DNA of 64,000 nucleotides from Candidatus Saccharimonadota bacterium (lineage in GTDB: Bacteria > Patescibacteriota > Saccharimonadia > Saccharimonadales > SLHW01), in the NCBI GenBank assembly GCA_024635455.1, contig JAGXIU010000002.1, forward strand, positions 44,309 to 108,308, in the 5' to 3' direction. Each line of letters opens with the position of its first letter. Within the stretch, counting starts at the first letter, position 1. This document shows positions 38,120-46,420 of this stretch, piece after piece. The notes beneath the pieces were generated by a model. It was not told where the DNA came from. It saw nothing but the letters and a program-made list of their open reading frames with translations, and did not search any database. The translations under genes were made by a program, and so were the position numbers.

Positions 38120-38704
38120 ATGTTCGATCAGCAGAACGGTCAGAATAATCAACAACAAAACTTTCAAGATGCGAATGCACCCGGGCAACCAGCGGCACCA
38201 GCAGATCAGCAAGTAGCTGACGGACAGCAGGCGGCAGCACCACAAGGCCAACAGTTTTCAGCACCTAAACCAGCCTATGAGTCTATCTTTGATGACGACC
38301 ATGCTGCCCCCACCGCAACAAATGACGGATCTCTCTCCTCTGATGATCAATCGTCAACTGCGGACGCGCAAGTAGCTGATACTACACAGGCACCGGCCAC
38401 GGTTGCCCCTGTTGATAACACAACTGGCGACGACAGCCAATTACTGGATATCAAGAAACAAGCTCTTGAGCACCTAAGCCCGCTCGTCGGTCAACTCGAA
38501 CAGAGCCCTGAAGAAAAGTTTCATACTACTATGCGTATCATTCAAGCGTCTGATAATCACGCGCTCGTAAAAGACGCTTATGAAGCTGCACAGAATATCG
38601 AAGACGACAAAGTCCGCGCCCAAGCACTTTTGGACATCGTTAATGAGATTAACTACTTCACAAAAGAACCCGGACAAGAGGTTGAGCAACCTGACCCTAG
38701 CTAG
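38120..38704 (+). CDS. hypothetical protein with a Q/N/A/P-rich N-terminal half
   Basis: 194-aa ORF. It has a low-complexity N-terminus and a helical-looking C-terminus, with no family I recognise. Confidence 0.5.
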   Translation: MFDQQNGQNNQQQNFQDANAPGQPAAPADQQVADGQQAAAPQGQQFSAPKPAYESIFDDDHAAPTATNDGSLSSDDQSSTADAQVADTTQAPATVAPVDNTTGDDSQLLDIKKQALEHLSPLVGQLEQSPEEKFHTTMRIIQASDNHALVKDAYEAAQNIEDDKVRAQALLDIVNEINYFTKEPGQEVEQPDPS

Positions 38705-38722
38705 AGACTGTCACTGATATAT

Positions 38723-38756
38723 AAAAAACGCTCGCTATTTAAGCAGGCGTTTTTTA
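38723..38756. terminator. probable bidirectional terminator between convergent genes
   Basis: The sequence is aaaaaacgctcgctatttaagcaggcgtttttt. The imperfect stem is flanked by A6 and T6. Confidence 0.55.
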
Positions 38757-38772
38757 TATTTAAGAATCGGTA

Positions 38773-39192
38773 TTACAAATTATTTGAAGGGCCAGTTTGT
38801 GGCAACTGCTCTACCGCCCCTGAAGATCGTGTTGTATCCTGCTGAGAGCTTGAATCATCTGAGGATTCTTCAGGTTCTGGCTCGGAACCATCACTAGAGT
38901 CATCGGTTGTATCGTCGCTTGAATCATCTGATATACGCGCACCTGGCAGCTGCTCATCTTCGGTTGTCTCTATCTCACTTGTTGTGTCGTCGCTTGAGTC
39001 AGAGCTAAAAATGCTTTGGTATGCCCAGCGACCAGCAAAGAAGATGCCAAGGATAATCGCAACAGTAAGGATGAACGCACCAACTGCAAGCAACCAAGCT
39101 ACACCCATACGGTCACGTTGCTCTGCCTTATAGTAATCTTGCACTTCTTCAGGAAGCACTTCGTCTTTATTCTTTCGGTTGAACCATGCCAT
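38773..39192 (-). CDS. hypothetical membrane protein with an acidic Ser/Asp-rich tail
   Basis: 139 aa. It has one TM segment (VAWLLAVGAFILTVAIILGIFFA) followed by SSDD repeats. Confidence 0.5.
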   Translation of the reverse strand: MAWFNRKNKDEVLPEEVQDYYKAEQRDRMGVAWLLAVGAFILTVAIILGIFFAGRWAYQSIFSSDSSDDTTSEIETTEDEQLPGARISDDSSDDTTDDSSDGSEPEPEESSDDSSSQQDTTRSSGAVEQLPQTGPSNNL

Positions 39193-39316
39193 GAATAGTT
39201 TTCTCCCTTAGTTGACTTATACAATACTACAATGTGGCGTAATTATCAACTATTATGTCTGTTATAGTTGCTTATGATTACTGCAGATACATTAACTGTT
39301 ACTACGCAGCGCGTAA

Positions 39317-39352
39317 TAAAAAAATAGACAGGACATTAAATTTCCTGTCTAT
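39317..39352 (-). terminator. strong rho-independent terminator (minus sense)
   Basis: A perfect 10-bp stem (atagacagga...tcctgtctat) is followed on the minus strand by a T7 run. Confidence 0.7.
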
Positions 39353-39548
39353 TTATCAAATTGAGGATGAGCAGCCGGGGAAATCAAAGATTTCCCCAAG
39401 CAACGAGAGGAGGAGACCCCCTCTTCTCATGAGCAAGCGTAGCGACTTTAAAAGCTAAAAAGTCCTCGGGATTTACTTCCGGGACTTTTTATCTGCTTTA
39501 AAGGAGGAGAGCAAACCGAGTAGGCGATTCATTCGGCTACCCGGCTTG

Positions 39549-39576
39549 ATGAGAGGAGGGAACTCCCTCCTCTCAT
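39549..39576 (-). other. perfect 12-bp hairpin immediately after the groEL stop
   Basis: The hairpin is atgagaggaggg-aact-ccctcctctcat, with no U-tract. A related hairpin lies at 39405..39428. Confidence 0.6.
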
Positions 39577-39581
39577 AGTTC

Positions 39582-41243
39582 TTACATCATTCCCATGCCG
39601 CCCATGCCTGGCATGCCGCCGCCACCGCCACCGGCTGGTGCAGCAGACTCCTTCTCAGGAACGTCTACAACAAGAGCACCCATGGTCATCGCAGTTCCTG
39701 CAATAGAAGCAGCGTTTTGGATTGCTTCTTTGGTAACGCGAGCGGGATCGATTACGCCGACTGACTTCATGTCAACTAGCTTAGACGGATTATTGACATC
39801 GATTCCCTGCCCAACCTTACCGGCACGTACCTTTGGCAGCCACTCATCGGCATTCAAGCCAGCGTTGGTCAGCAGTATACGAAACGGCTGATCGAGTGCG
39901 TTTTTGAGGAGTTGCGCTCCAGCTGCCTCTGCATCATTAGCATCTACTTTGATAGTATCCGCAAGGTTAATCAGCGTCACACCACCACCTGGCACAATGC
40001 CCTCATCTAGGGCTGCTTTAACAGCTGCTACCGCATCATCGACGCGGAACTTTTTTTCCTCAATTTCAGTTTCAGTGGCGCCACCGACCTTGATGACTGC
40101 AACTTTACCAGACAGTGCAGCGCGTCGCTTTTCAAGGTTCTCTTTATCGTATTCACTGGTTGCTTGGTCAGCTTGCGCAGCAATTTGTTTGATACGAGCA
40201 TCAACCTCAAGTACATCACCGTTACCCTCAATGATAGTTGTCTCATCCTTCGTAACGATAATCTTCCGTGCAGAGCCTGCCATATCTAGCTCAGCATTCT
40301 CGAAGCTGTGTCCCTGGTCTTCGGTAATGACAGTTGCACCAGTCAAAATAGCAATGTCTTGTAGCACCTCTTTGCGGCGATCACCGAAAGCTGGCGCTTT
40401 CACGGCTACACAGTTAAAGGTACCCTTCAGTCGGTTAAGCACAAGGTTAGCAAGTGCGTCGCCTTCGACGTCTTCTGCTATTAATACAAGGTCTTTCTTG
40501 CCACTCTGCACTAACTTCTCAAGAAGCGGCAGAATATCCTGGATTGAACTAACTTTCTTATCTGTAATTACCACTGCTGGCTTATCATAGGTTGCTTCCA
40601 TACGCTCAGTGTCTGTTGCCATGTACGGGCTCACAAAACCACGGTCGAAGGTGAAGCCCTCTACCACTTCGCTCTCTAGCTCGAGGCTTTGGCCTTCCTC
40701 TACCGTAACAACGCCGTCTTTACCAACTTTTTCTATAACCTCTGCGATTAATTCACCGATCTTGTTGTCACCTGCGGAGATAGTGGCAATTTCTGAAACG
40801 CGCTTCTTGTTTGCTTTAATGTCCTCGGCCTGCTTACCAAGCTCAGCAATAATATCCTGGGCAGCTGACTCTAACCCTTTGCGTAGTTGCATTGGACTGT
40901 GCCCTGCAGCGATTAATTTATTTGCCTCATTCAAAATGTTGTATGTCAGCACCGTAACAGTTGTAGTGCCGTCACCTGCCACGTCGTTCATTTTGTTGGC
41001 TGACTGCTTTATGAGCTCTGCGCCCACTTTATAACCGAGTGTTTCATCATCAACGTCTTCAATATCAACGCCTTTTGCAACTGTTACGCCATCATGCGTA
41101 ATGGTTGGGTTACCGTAACTTTTACTGATAACTGCATTGCGCCCCTTTGGACCCATAGTTGTTTTCACGGCATCATAGAGAATCTTTGCGCCCTCGAGCA
41201 CACGCCGTCGAGCGTCTTCATCATAAAATACTTTGTTAGCCAT
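39582..41243 (-). CDS. groEL: chaperonin GroEL
   Basis: 553 aa. It has AGDGTTTVTVL and a C-terminal GGGGGMPGMGGMGMM. Confidence 0.98.
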   Translation of the reverse strand: MANKVFYDEDARRRVLEGAKILYDAVKTTMGPKGRNAVISKSYGNPTITHDGVTVAKGVDIEDVDDETLGYKVGAELIKQSANKMNDVAGDGTTTVTVLTYNILNEANKLIAAGHSPMQLRKGLESAAQDIIAELGKQAEDIKANKKRVSEIATISAGDNKIGELIAEVIEKVGKDGVVTVEEGQSLELESEVVEGFTFDRGFVSPYMATDTERMEATYDKPAVVITDKKVSSIQDILPLLEKLVQSGKKDLVLIAEDVEGDALANLVLNRLKGTFNCVAVKAPAFGDRRKEVLQDIAILTGATVITEDQGHSFENAELDMAGSARKIIVTKDETTIIEGNGDVLEVDARIKQIAAQADQATSEYDKENLEKRRAALSGKVAVIKVGGATETEIEEKKFRVDDAVAAVKAALDEGIVPGGGVTLINLADTIKVDANDAEAAGAQLLKNALDQPFRILLTNAGLNADEWLPKVRAGKVGQGIDVNNPSKLVDMKSVGVIDPARVTKEAIQNAASIAGTAMTMGALVVDVPEKESAAPAGGGGGGMPGMGGMGMM

Positions 41244-41274
41244 AAATAGGTTTCTCCTTCTTTTCGTTTAGTGC

Positions 41275-41541
41275 TTATTTAACGGTTGCGAGTATGTCTT
41301 CCTCTTTGACGAGAAGATACTCAGTGCCTTCTATTTTAATGTCGCTCGTACTATACGTTTTGTATATAACACGGTCGCCTTTTTTGACTTTTTTTGCATC
41401 TGCACCAACGGCAAGTACCTTGGCTATTTTTGGCTTCTCCTGGGATTTCTCCATTACGTAGAGACCGCTAGCGGTCTTGGCTTCAGCCTCTTCTTGCTGA
41501 GCGAGCACGTAATCTGCAAGCGGTTGAATATTCGCTGCCAT
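41275..41541 (-). CDS. groES: co-chaperonin GroES
   Basis: 88 aa, with IQPLADYVL...GDRVIYKTYSTSDIKIEGTEYLLVKEEDILA. Confidence 0.95.
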   Translation of the reverse strand: MAANIQPLADYVLAQQEEAEAKTASGLYVMEKSQEKPKIAKVLAVGADAKKVKKGDRVIYKTYSTSDIKIEGTEYLLVKEEDILATVK

Positions 41542-41604
41542 TGTATGTTTCCTCCTCGATTATCTGTTCTTTGGTGGATTAGCGCTTCTCGCAAGTTGTT
41601 GTTT

Positions 41605-41631
41605 TTGGCACTCGCCAAAAACAAGTGCTAA
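41605..41631. promoter_or_regulatory. CIRCE-like operator (proximal copy)
   Basis: TTGGCACTC-N9-AAGTGCTAA versus the consensus TTAGCACTC-N9-GAGTGCTAA, with one mismatch per arm. It lies 64 nt upstream of groES. Confidence 0.65.
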
Positions 41632-41635
41632 TCCA

Positions 41636-41662
41636 TTAGCACTCACTATAGCCGACTGCTAA
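41636..41662. promoter_or_regulatory. CIRCE operator (distal copy)
   Basis: TTAGCACTC-N9-GACTGCTAA, with one mismatch to the consensus. Confidence 0.75.
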
Positions 41663-41690
41663 TTACTCTGTCAAGTCTCTGGCTGAAAGC

Positions 41691-42659
41691 TTATTCTGTT
41701 GGTTTATTAAGCCGCTGATATCTTTCGTCAAAGTCATCTCGATCATACGCCGGGACAACTCTAACCGTGTTGTCTAGCACCTCTTGAGTCAGCATCTTAA
41801 ATTCTTTTCGCAGCTGCAATGAGGTTTGATCGGGCGTTTCAAATCTAGTGCTCAAAAACTGTCTACCGAGTCGCTGCGTAATTCCTTTTGAACGTTCCGA
41901 GATCTTTTCTTTTTTGTTACCGACACCGCGCCCCGTTGACACGTTTTCGTTGTACCAGACAGGCAGGTCAGCGTTACCTTGCGCATTACCTTTCTGCGCA
42001 ACCCCGCTCATCCAATGTGTTCCTGCTATTCGAGCAGTCGGAAAAGCTTTCTCGAAAAATTTTTTTGCAATCGAAAGCGTGCTTCCCGTAGCTCGGACTT
42101 CGTCAACAATTAGAACCGTTTTGTCGTCCAGTTGAGTTGGTGCATTATCAATTTCTTCTGTTAAACCAGCTCGCTTATGGTTAATGTCAACAAAAATTGA
42201 TCGCAGACTTCGTATAACTGACTGGTCCACTCGATCAATATTAAAAATACCCGTACCATCAGGGTCAACACTAGATAGCCAGTGGTTTCGGTCTATATTT
42301 ACAAAGCGAAACTCAGGGCGTTTAGGTGTTTCACCCGACTCGTCCGCGGCAAGGATAGGCCACAAATCTTTTGTTAGCCAAGCGACTGGTCGAGCAGACT
42401 TATCAAGCCAAACAACATAATCAGGACGCTCTTCAACCTGTTCTCCAGTCTCTGGATCGGTAACTGATACACCTTTGGTAATCTTGTGTATAAGTTTATC
42501 CGTAAGATGGACGTACTGTCGATGTAGCTCTTCGTCAGTTTTTTCACTTCCGTCAGTACGTGGGTGGCCAACCAGTAATTGATATGGCTCTTTTTCTGAT
42601 TGCGCTACCTGTTCAAACTGTTCATGTTTAGAAAACTGCATAAGCATGTATAATAGCAT
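41691..42659 (-). CDS. phosphoribosyltransferase-domain protein with a long N-terminal extension
   Basis: The PRPP-binding motif is TVLIVDEVRATGSTL. About 190 aa of unrecognised sequence precede it. It lies 33 nt downstream of kinase-like gene A. Confidence 0.7.
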   Translation of the reverse strand: MLLYMLMQFSKHEQFEQVAQSEKEPYQLLVGHPRTDGSEKTDEELHRQYVHLTDKLIHKITKGVSVTDPETGEQVEERPDYVVWLDKSARPVAWLTKDLWPILAADESGETPKRPEFRFVNIDRNHWLSSVDPDGTGIFNIDRVDQSVIRSLRSIFVDINHKRAGLTEEIDNAPTQLDDKTVLIVDEVRATGSTLSIAKKFFEKAFPTARIAGTHWMSGVAQKGNAQGNADLPVWYNENVSTGRGVGNKKEKISERSKGITQRLGRQFLSTRFETPDQTSLQLRKEFKMLTQEVLDNTVRVVPAYDRDDFDERYQRLNKPTE

Positions 42660-42692
42660 ATTTTTGCTTATATTGCAAGGTTTAGCGTTTGG

Positions 42693-43817
42693 TTAAGGCG
42701 CGATCCGACGTGCTCTTTGCTGCACATCCATCAAGTCTCGAGCCTCTTCAAGCTTCGTGAGAACCATTTGGTCGTATGCTCGCGCTAAGGGGTCGCCTGG
42801 CCGAACACCAATACGCAACAAACGGTCATAGTACGGTAAAAAGAGTTTACTCAGCATAAAACTATAGGTTTCTAGCGGCTGTTTCTCGTCGTGTTCGTCC
42901 TTGAATAAATACCCGATGTATTCATAGATAGATTTCGCTACAAAAGAAAAGTCTTCGTTCATCTTCTCGGCAATCACGTCGACTTTCTCTGTAGCGTCAC
43001 GGTAGCTACGCGCATACTCAAGATCAATCACTCGTAGTGATCGTCCACTGTCTGCTACCGCGATATTGCGGAATTCAGCGTCACCGTGAAATATGTAGTG
43101 ACTGTGCAATAGCGCCATTGTATCGAGAACATGCTCCATTCTCTGCCCCGCCATCTCAGCGTCCATACCTGACCACTTCAGGCTATTGAGTGTTTCCATG
43201 TCTGCTTCAGTACGACTCACGACGTAACCATACGGCTGCGAACCGTCTTCTTCATCTCCACCCTCACTACCTGCTTCAGGTATTACAGCACCTGTTCGAA
43301 TAACTCCGATAACATCGAGTGCCGGCAACCCATACTGCGTCAGGTATTGGTGCATTCCGACTTCGTGTAACACCTTATAGTGATCTTTAACAGTGTTAGG
43401 TATCGGCTTGATAGCAACATCAATGGCGCCCGACTGCTGCTCGTGAAACCACTGACCTTCTAATCGTCCAAAAAATACCTGATGGCGCGATTTTTCCCGT
43501 CCAAGTCGATCAAATGGCTGCGCCTCAAACGATAAACGATCAGGGTAGCGGTACGGTGTGTCTTCGCGGAAAAAGCGAGGCGCAAAAAATACCGTGTCAC
43601 CAGAAGCTTCCAGCGACACATTCAAATTGCGTGACGGCTTACCGGTATGATCAACATACTGTCCAAGATTGGGTAGTTCGGCAAAATGACCCTGCCTGAG
43701 CGGCTCTAGAAGTTCGCGGAAAGTTTTTTGATTCTTTTCGTCAATGAGATTCCGGTTTTCAAAATAATAATCATCCAGAAACTCAAAGCCAATAACTTCA
43801 CTACTCTCTCCATCCAT
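42693..43817 (-). CDS. atypical protein-kinase-fold protein (Kdo/RIO/APH-like), copy A
   Basis: It has VAIKPI (beta3 Lys), HEVGM, the catalytic loop FHGDAEFRNIAV, and VIDLEYA. The start was set at ATG 43817, inside the last codons of the partner gene. Confidence 0.7.
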   Translation of the reverse strand: MDGESSEVIGFEFLDDYYFENRNLIDEKNQKTFRELLEPLRQGHFAELPNLGQYVDHTGKPSRNLNVSLEASGDTVFFAPRFFREDTPYRYPDRLSFEAQPFDRLGREKSRHQVFFGRLEGQWFHEQQSGAIDVAIKPIPNTVKDHYKVLHEVGMHQYLTQYGLPALDVIGVIRTGAVIPEAGSEGGDEEDGSQPYGYVVSRTEADMETLNSLKWSGMDAEMAGQRMEHVLDTMALLHSHYIFHGDAEFRNIAVADSGRSLRVIDLEYARSYRDATEKVDVIAEKMNEDFSFVAKSIYEYIGYLFKDEHDEKQPLETYSFMLSKLFLPYYDRLLRIGVRPGDPLARAYDQMVLTKLEEARDLMDVQQRARRIAP

Positions 43818-44454
43818 AGTCGACTTCCTCCACAATGCGGCGAGCCAGCGGTTCGGTGCTAATGGGTGCTTCACCACTCATTAAAAATCCCGCAAACCCT
43901 ACCAGCTGTTCGTCTAGTGCTTTTGGTTCATCCGTTAACGAATATGGCGGCAAAAAAACAACACGTGCCCCTAAATCTGACTGTCGATCGGGGTAAAAAG
44001 CAAACTGCTGCAACCAGTTGCCAGACGGCGCGCCAAAACCAGCCTCGTGCAGCTTGCGCAACTGCTGCCCAAGTAGACGGAACACGGACATGTACTGCGT
44101 CGTATCGTAATGTTCTTGCTGAGCATCTCCTATTAACGCTACCAGCGATTCAATACTTCTAGTATTTTTCGGCACTGGTAACACAATTTTGTCATTGATG
44201 TGCGTCTTCTCAAGCACATCAATCCCAGAGTCTCGCAATCTGTCATGACTTGATTCGACGGCAGAACCTTCACGTATAACAATAATCCGCTCACGCAGTC
44301 GGTCACTATAGAGTTCGTGCACGTCTATATCAGATGTATCTGTGTCGGTGAGCAGTGCAAATGTATCTTCTATCGGATAAAGGTCGCCGTAGATAACCTG
44401 CAGGGTTTCATAGTCAAATCGCTCGCCTGAATCGGCGATATCAAACTCCATCAT
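43801..44454 (-). CDS. hypothetical protein, partner of kinase-like copy A
   Basis: 217 aa. It is a paralog of 45764..46390, sharing ERII, VLPVP, FRLLG..LR..HE...G.PSGNWL.QFA and VV.LPPY. Confidence 0.65.
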   Translation of the reverse strand: MMEFDIADSGERFDYETLQVIYGDLYPIEDTFALLTDTDTSDIDVHELYSDRLRERIIVIREGSAVESSHDRLRDSGIDVLEKTHINDKIVLPVPKNTRSIESLVALIGDAQQEHYDTTQYMSVFRLLGQQLRKLHEAGFGAPSGNWLQQFAFYPDRQSDLGARVVFLPPYSLTDEPKALDEQLVGFAGFLMSGEAPISTEPLARRIVEEVDYGWRE

Positions 44455-44540
44455 AGTTTCTATATTATAGCACTTTTTTAGTTTTTTATCAAAGGATGGA
44501 TTTTTCTATTCCTTTATAAGCGCTGTTTTTATAACAGCCG

Positions 44541-44652
44541 CTTCGACCCACTCGAGGAGTTTACCACCCATATTACGGGTGTCGGTGGCCGATGCCGGTA
44601 CAAAGCACGTGGTTGTATGCTCCTGCTAAGGGGTCGCCCGGCCGAACACCAA
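44541..44652 (-). pseudogene. chimeric gene remnant: a kinase-A-like 3' fragment abutting a murE-like 3' fragment
   Basis: 44541..44608 aligns to 46468..46535, with about 10 mismatches and a 2-nt deletion over ~68 nt. 44611..44652 aligns to 42770..42811, with 4 mismatches in 42. Confidence 0.8.
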
Positions 44653-44715
44653 GCTTAGATCCGGCTAGCAACGAAGGGGATCGATAAAACACCTAGCATT
44701 ACTAAAGCTTATGAC

Positions 44716-45789
44716 TTATGCGTGGCGCCAGTAACCCTCATCTCCAACAGCCTCATCAAGCCTGCGAGAAACTACGTTATCATATGCGAGACCAAGTGGA
44801 TCCTGGGGTGTAATCCCAAATTTAACCAGCCTGTTGAAATAAGGTAAAAACACGTGTTCATGCATAAAATTAAATCGATCTGTTAGTGAGGTAACGTCAG
44901 CTTCATTCTGGTACAGATGACCAACATTTCCGTCAAGAGAAGATGCAAGAAAGCTAAAGTCGGATTTCATAAACAAAGATAACTTTCGTACATCATCTTG
45001 CTCATCAAGCAGGCTCCCCGATAGTTCCAAATCAACTATCGTAGGCTTTTGATTGGCATCACAAACGGCAATATTTTTAAAAGCTGGGTCACCATGAAAT
45101 ATATAATTTGCGTGCAGTAAAGCGAGCGTGTCGACTGCATGGCTCAAGGCGTTTGCAGCCTCCTTGGCGGTCATATCACCCCACTCAAGCGTATCGAGAG
45201 TTCGAATATCCGGTTCGTATCGAGTAATTACAAATCCGTATATATCAGGCGCATCTGATTTAATAAGTCCCAAGACGTCCAACGTCGGAACATCAAGTGA
45301 CGCAACATGTTGGTACATCGCTATTTCATGCAGCGATTGCTGATGCTTAATAAAATCCTTGGCATGCGGTATGGTGCTTACGGCAACCTCTACTGTTGGT
45401 TTTTCTTCTGATGCAACTCCTATGCCTGACATCTCACCAAAAAATAACTGCCTCCTGGAGTCTTCTCGACCAAACCTAAAAAGCGGACGAGGCGCAAAAG
45501 CAAACTCTTGCTTTGGCGCAACCTCTACACCCGAGTGAAATAAGGCGGCCGCTTTTTCACTTTCTAGTATTTCATGCACAGCGGAGCTTCGACCACCACG
45601 ATGATTCAGGGCAGCTCTTACATCTGGTAGTTCACCTATTGGACGGTGCGTAAGTCCCTCAAGAGATTCGATAAATACCGCTTGGTTACGATCACTAACT
45701 TCACGTCGCTCTGGATCGTTGTAGTAGTTTGGCTTTACACCTTGAGGGAAATGCTCGCCCGAGTTACGTTTCTCGATTCCACCCATCAT
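44716..45789 (-). CDS. atypical protein-kinase-fold protein, copy B
   Basis: It has FHGDPAFKNIAV and IVDLELS. The position of the beta3 Lys reads VAVSTI. The start ATG 45789 (MMGG) lies inside the partner gene's last codons. Confidence 0.68.
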   Translation of the reverse strand: MMGGIEKRNSGEHFPQGVKPNYYNDPERREVSDRNQAVFIESLEGLTHRPIGELPDVRAALNHRGGRSSAVHEILESEKAAALFHSGVEVAPKQEFAFAPRPLFRFGREDSRRQLFFGEMSGIGVASEEKPTVEVAVSTIPHAKDFIKHQQSLHEIAMYQHVASLDVPTLDVLGLIKSDAPDIYGFVITRYEPDIRTLDTLEWGDMTAKEAANALSHAVDTLALLHANYIFHGDPAFKNIAVCDANQKPTIVDLELSGSLLDEQDDVRKLSLFMKSDFSFLASSLDGNVGHLYQNEADVTSLTDRFNFMHEHVFLPYFNRLVKFGITPQDPLGLAYDNVVSRRLDEAVGDEGYWRHA

Positions 45790-46390
45790 GCACTTCCCAC
45801 GCAAGCTGCGTTATTGTTGTCTCGTTCAGATTTGTCGTATCAGCAAGCTGCAATCCAATTTCGGTCATGGCGTTCACAGCTCTTTCATGCGTGTTGTATG
45901 GAGGCAATAACACTACCTTGGCGCCATATTTTTCCCCCGCATCAGGATGATACGCAAACTGGTCGAGCCAATTGCCTGACGGTAAGCCAACATTGCTTTC
46001 ATGAATAGCACGCAGCTCGCCTCCAAGTAGCCGAAATACAATCGAATAATTTTGCGGGTCTCGCTCAATGAATCCTGCAATAGTGCGCATGCTTCGAGCG
46101 CCCTCCGGTACAGGAAGTACTCTATCTTCCCCAAGAGACTTCTTTTGCAACAAATGAACTCCGTTTGCCACCAAATAATCGTGGGTTTCTTCAATTTTTG
46201 ATCCGCCCTTGAATGTAATAATCCGCTCTGGAGTCTTGGTTGTCGTCCACTCTTTTACGTCTGACCCGAATGTCTCGACATCAGACAGCAATGAAAAAGA
46301 GCGCTGGACCGGGCGAAGGGTTCCAAAGGTTTCATAGAATGACTCTGGCAAACTAGGGTGCTCACCGCGATCTAGATAGTGCTCTGACAT
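45764..46390 (-). CDS. hypothetical protein, partner of kinase-like copy B
   Basis: 208 aa. It is a paralog of 43801..44454. Confidence 0.65.
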   Translation of the reverse strand: MSEHYLDRGEHPSLPESFYETFGTLRPVQRSFSLLSDVETFGSDVKEWTTTKTPERIITFKGGSKIEETHDYLVANGVHLLQKKSLGEDRVLPVPEGARSMRTIAGFIERDPQNYSIVFRLLGGELRAIHESNVGLPSGNWLDQFAYHPDAGEKYGAKVVLLPPYNTHERAVNAMTEIGLQLADTTNLNETTITQLAWEVHDGWNRET

Positions 46391-46420
46391 ATACCATATT
46401 GTAACACTTTTTTGTAGAAT

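Noticed and set aside
39255-39458. 67-aa plus-strand ORF downstream of groEL
   Set aside because: It crosses three stem-loops, including a strong terminator, and its composition is implausible.
39904-40590. 228-aa plus-strand ORF (and neighbouring ORFs at 39595..39891 and 40609..41034)
   Set aside because: They are antisense to groEL. The Ser/Ala/Pro-rich composition is typical of the reverse frame of a GC-balanced, highly expressed gene.
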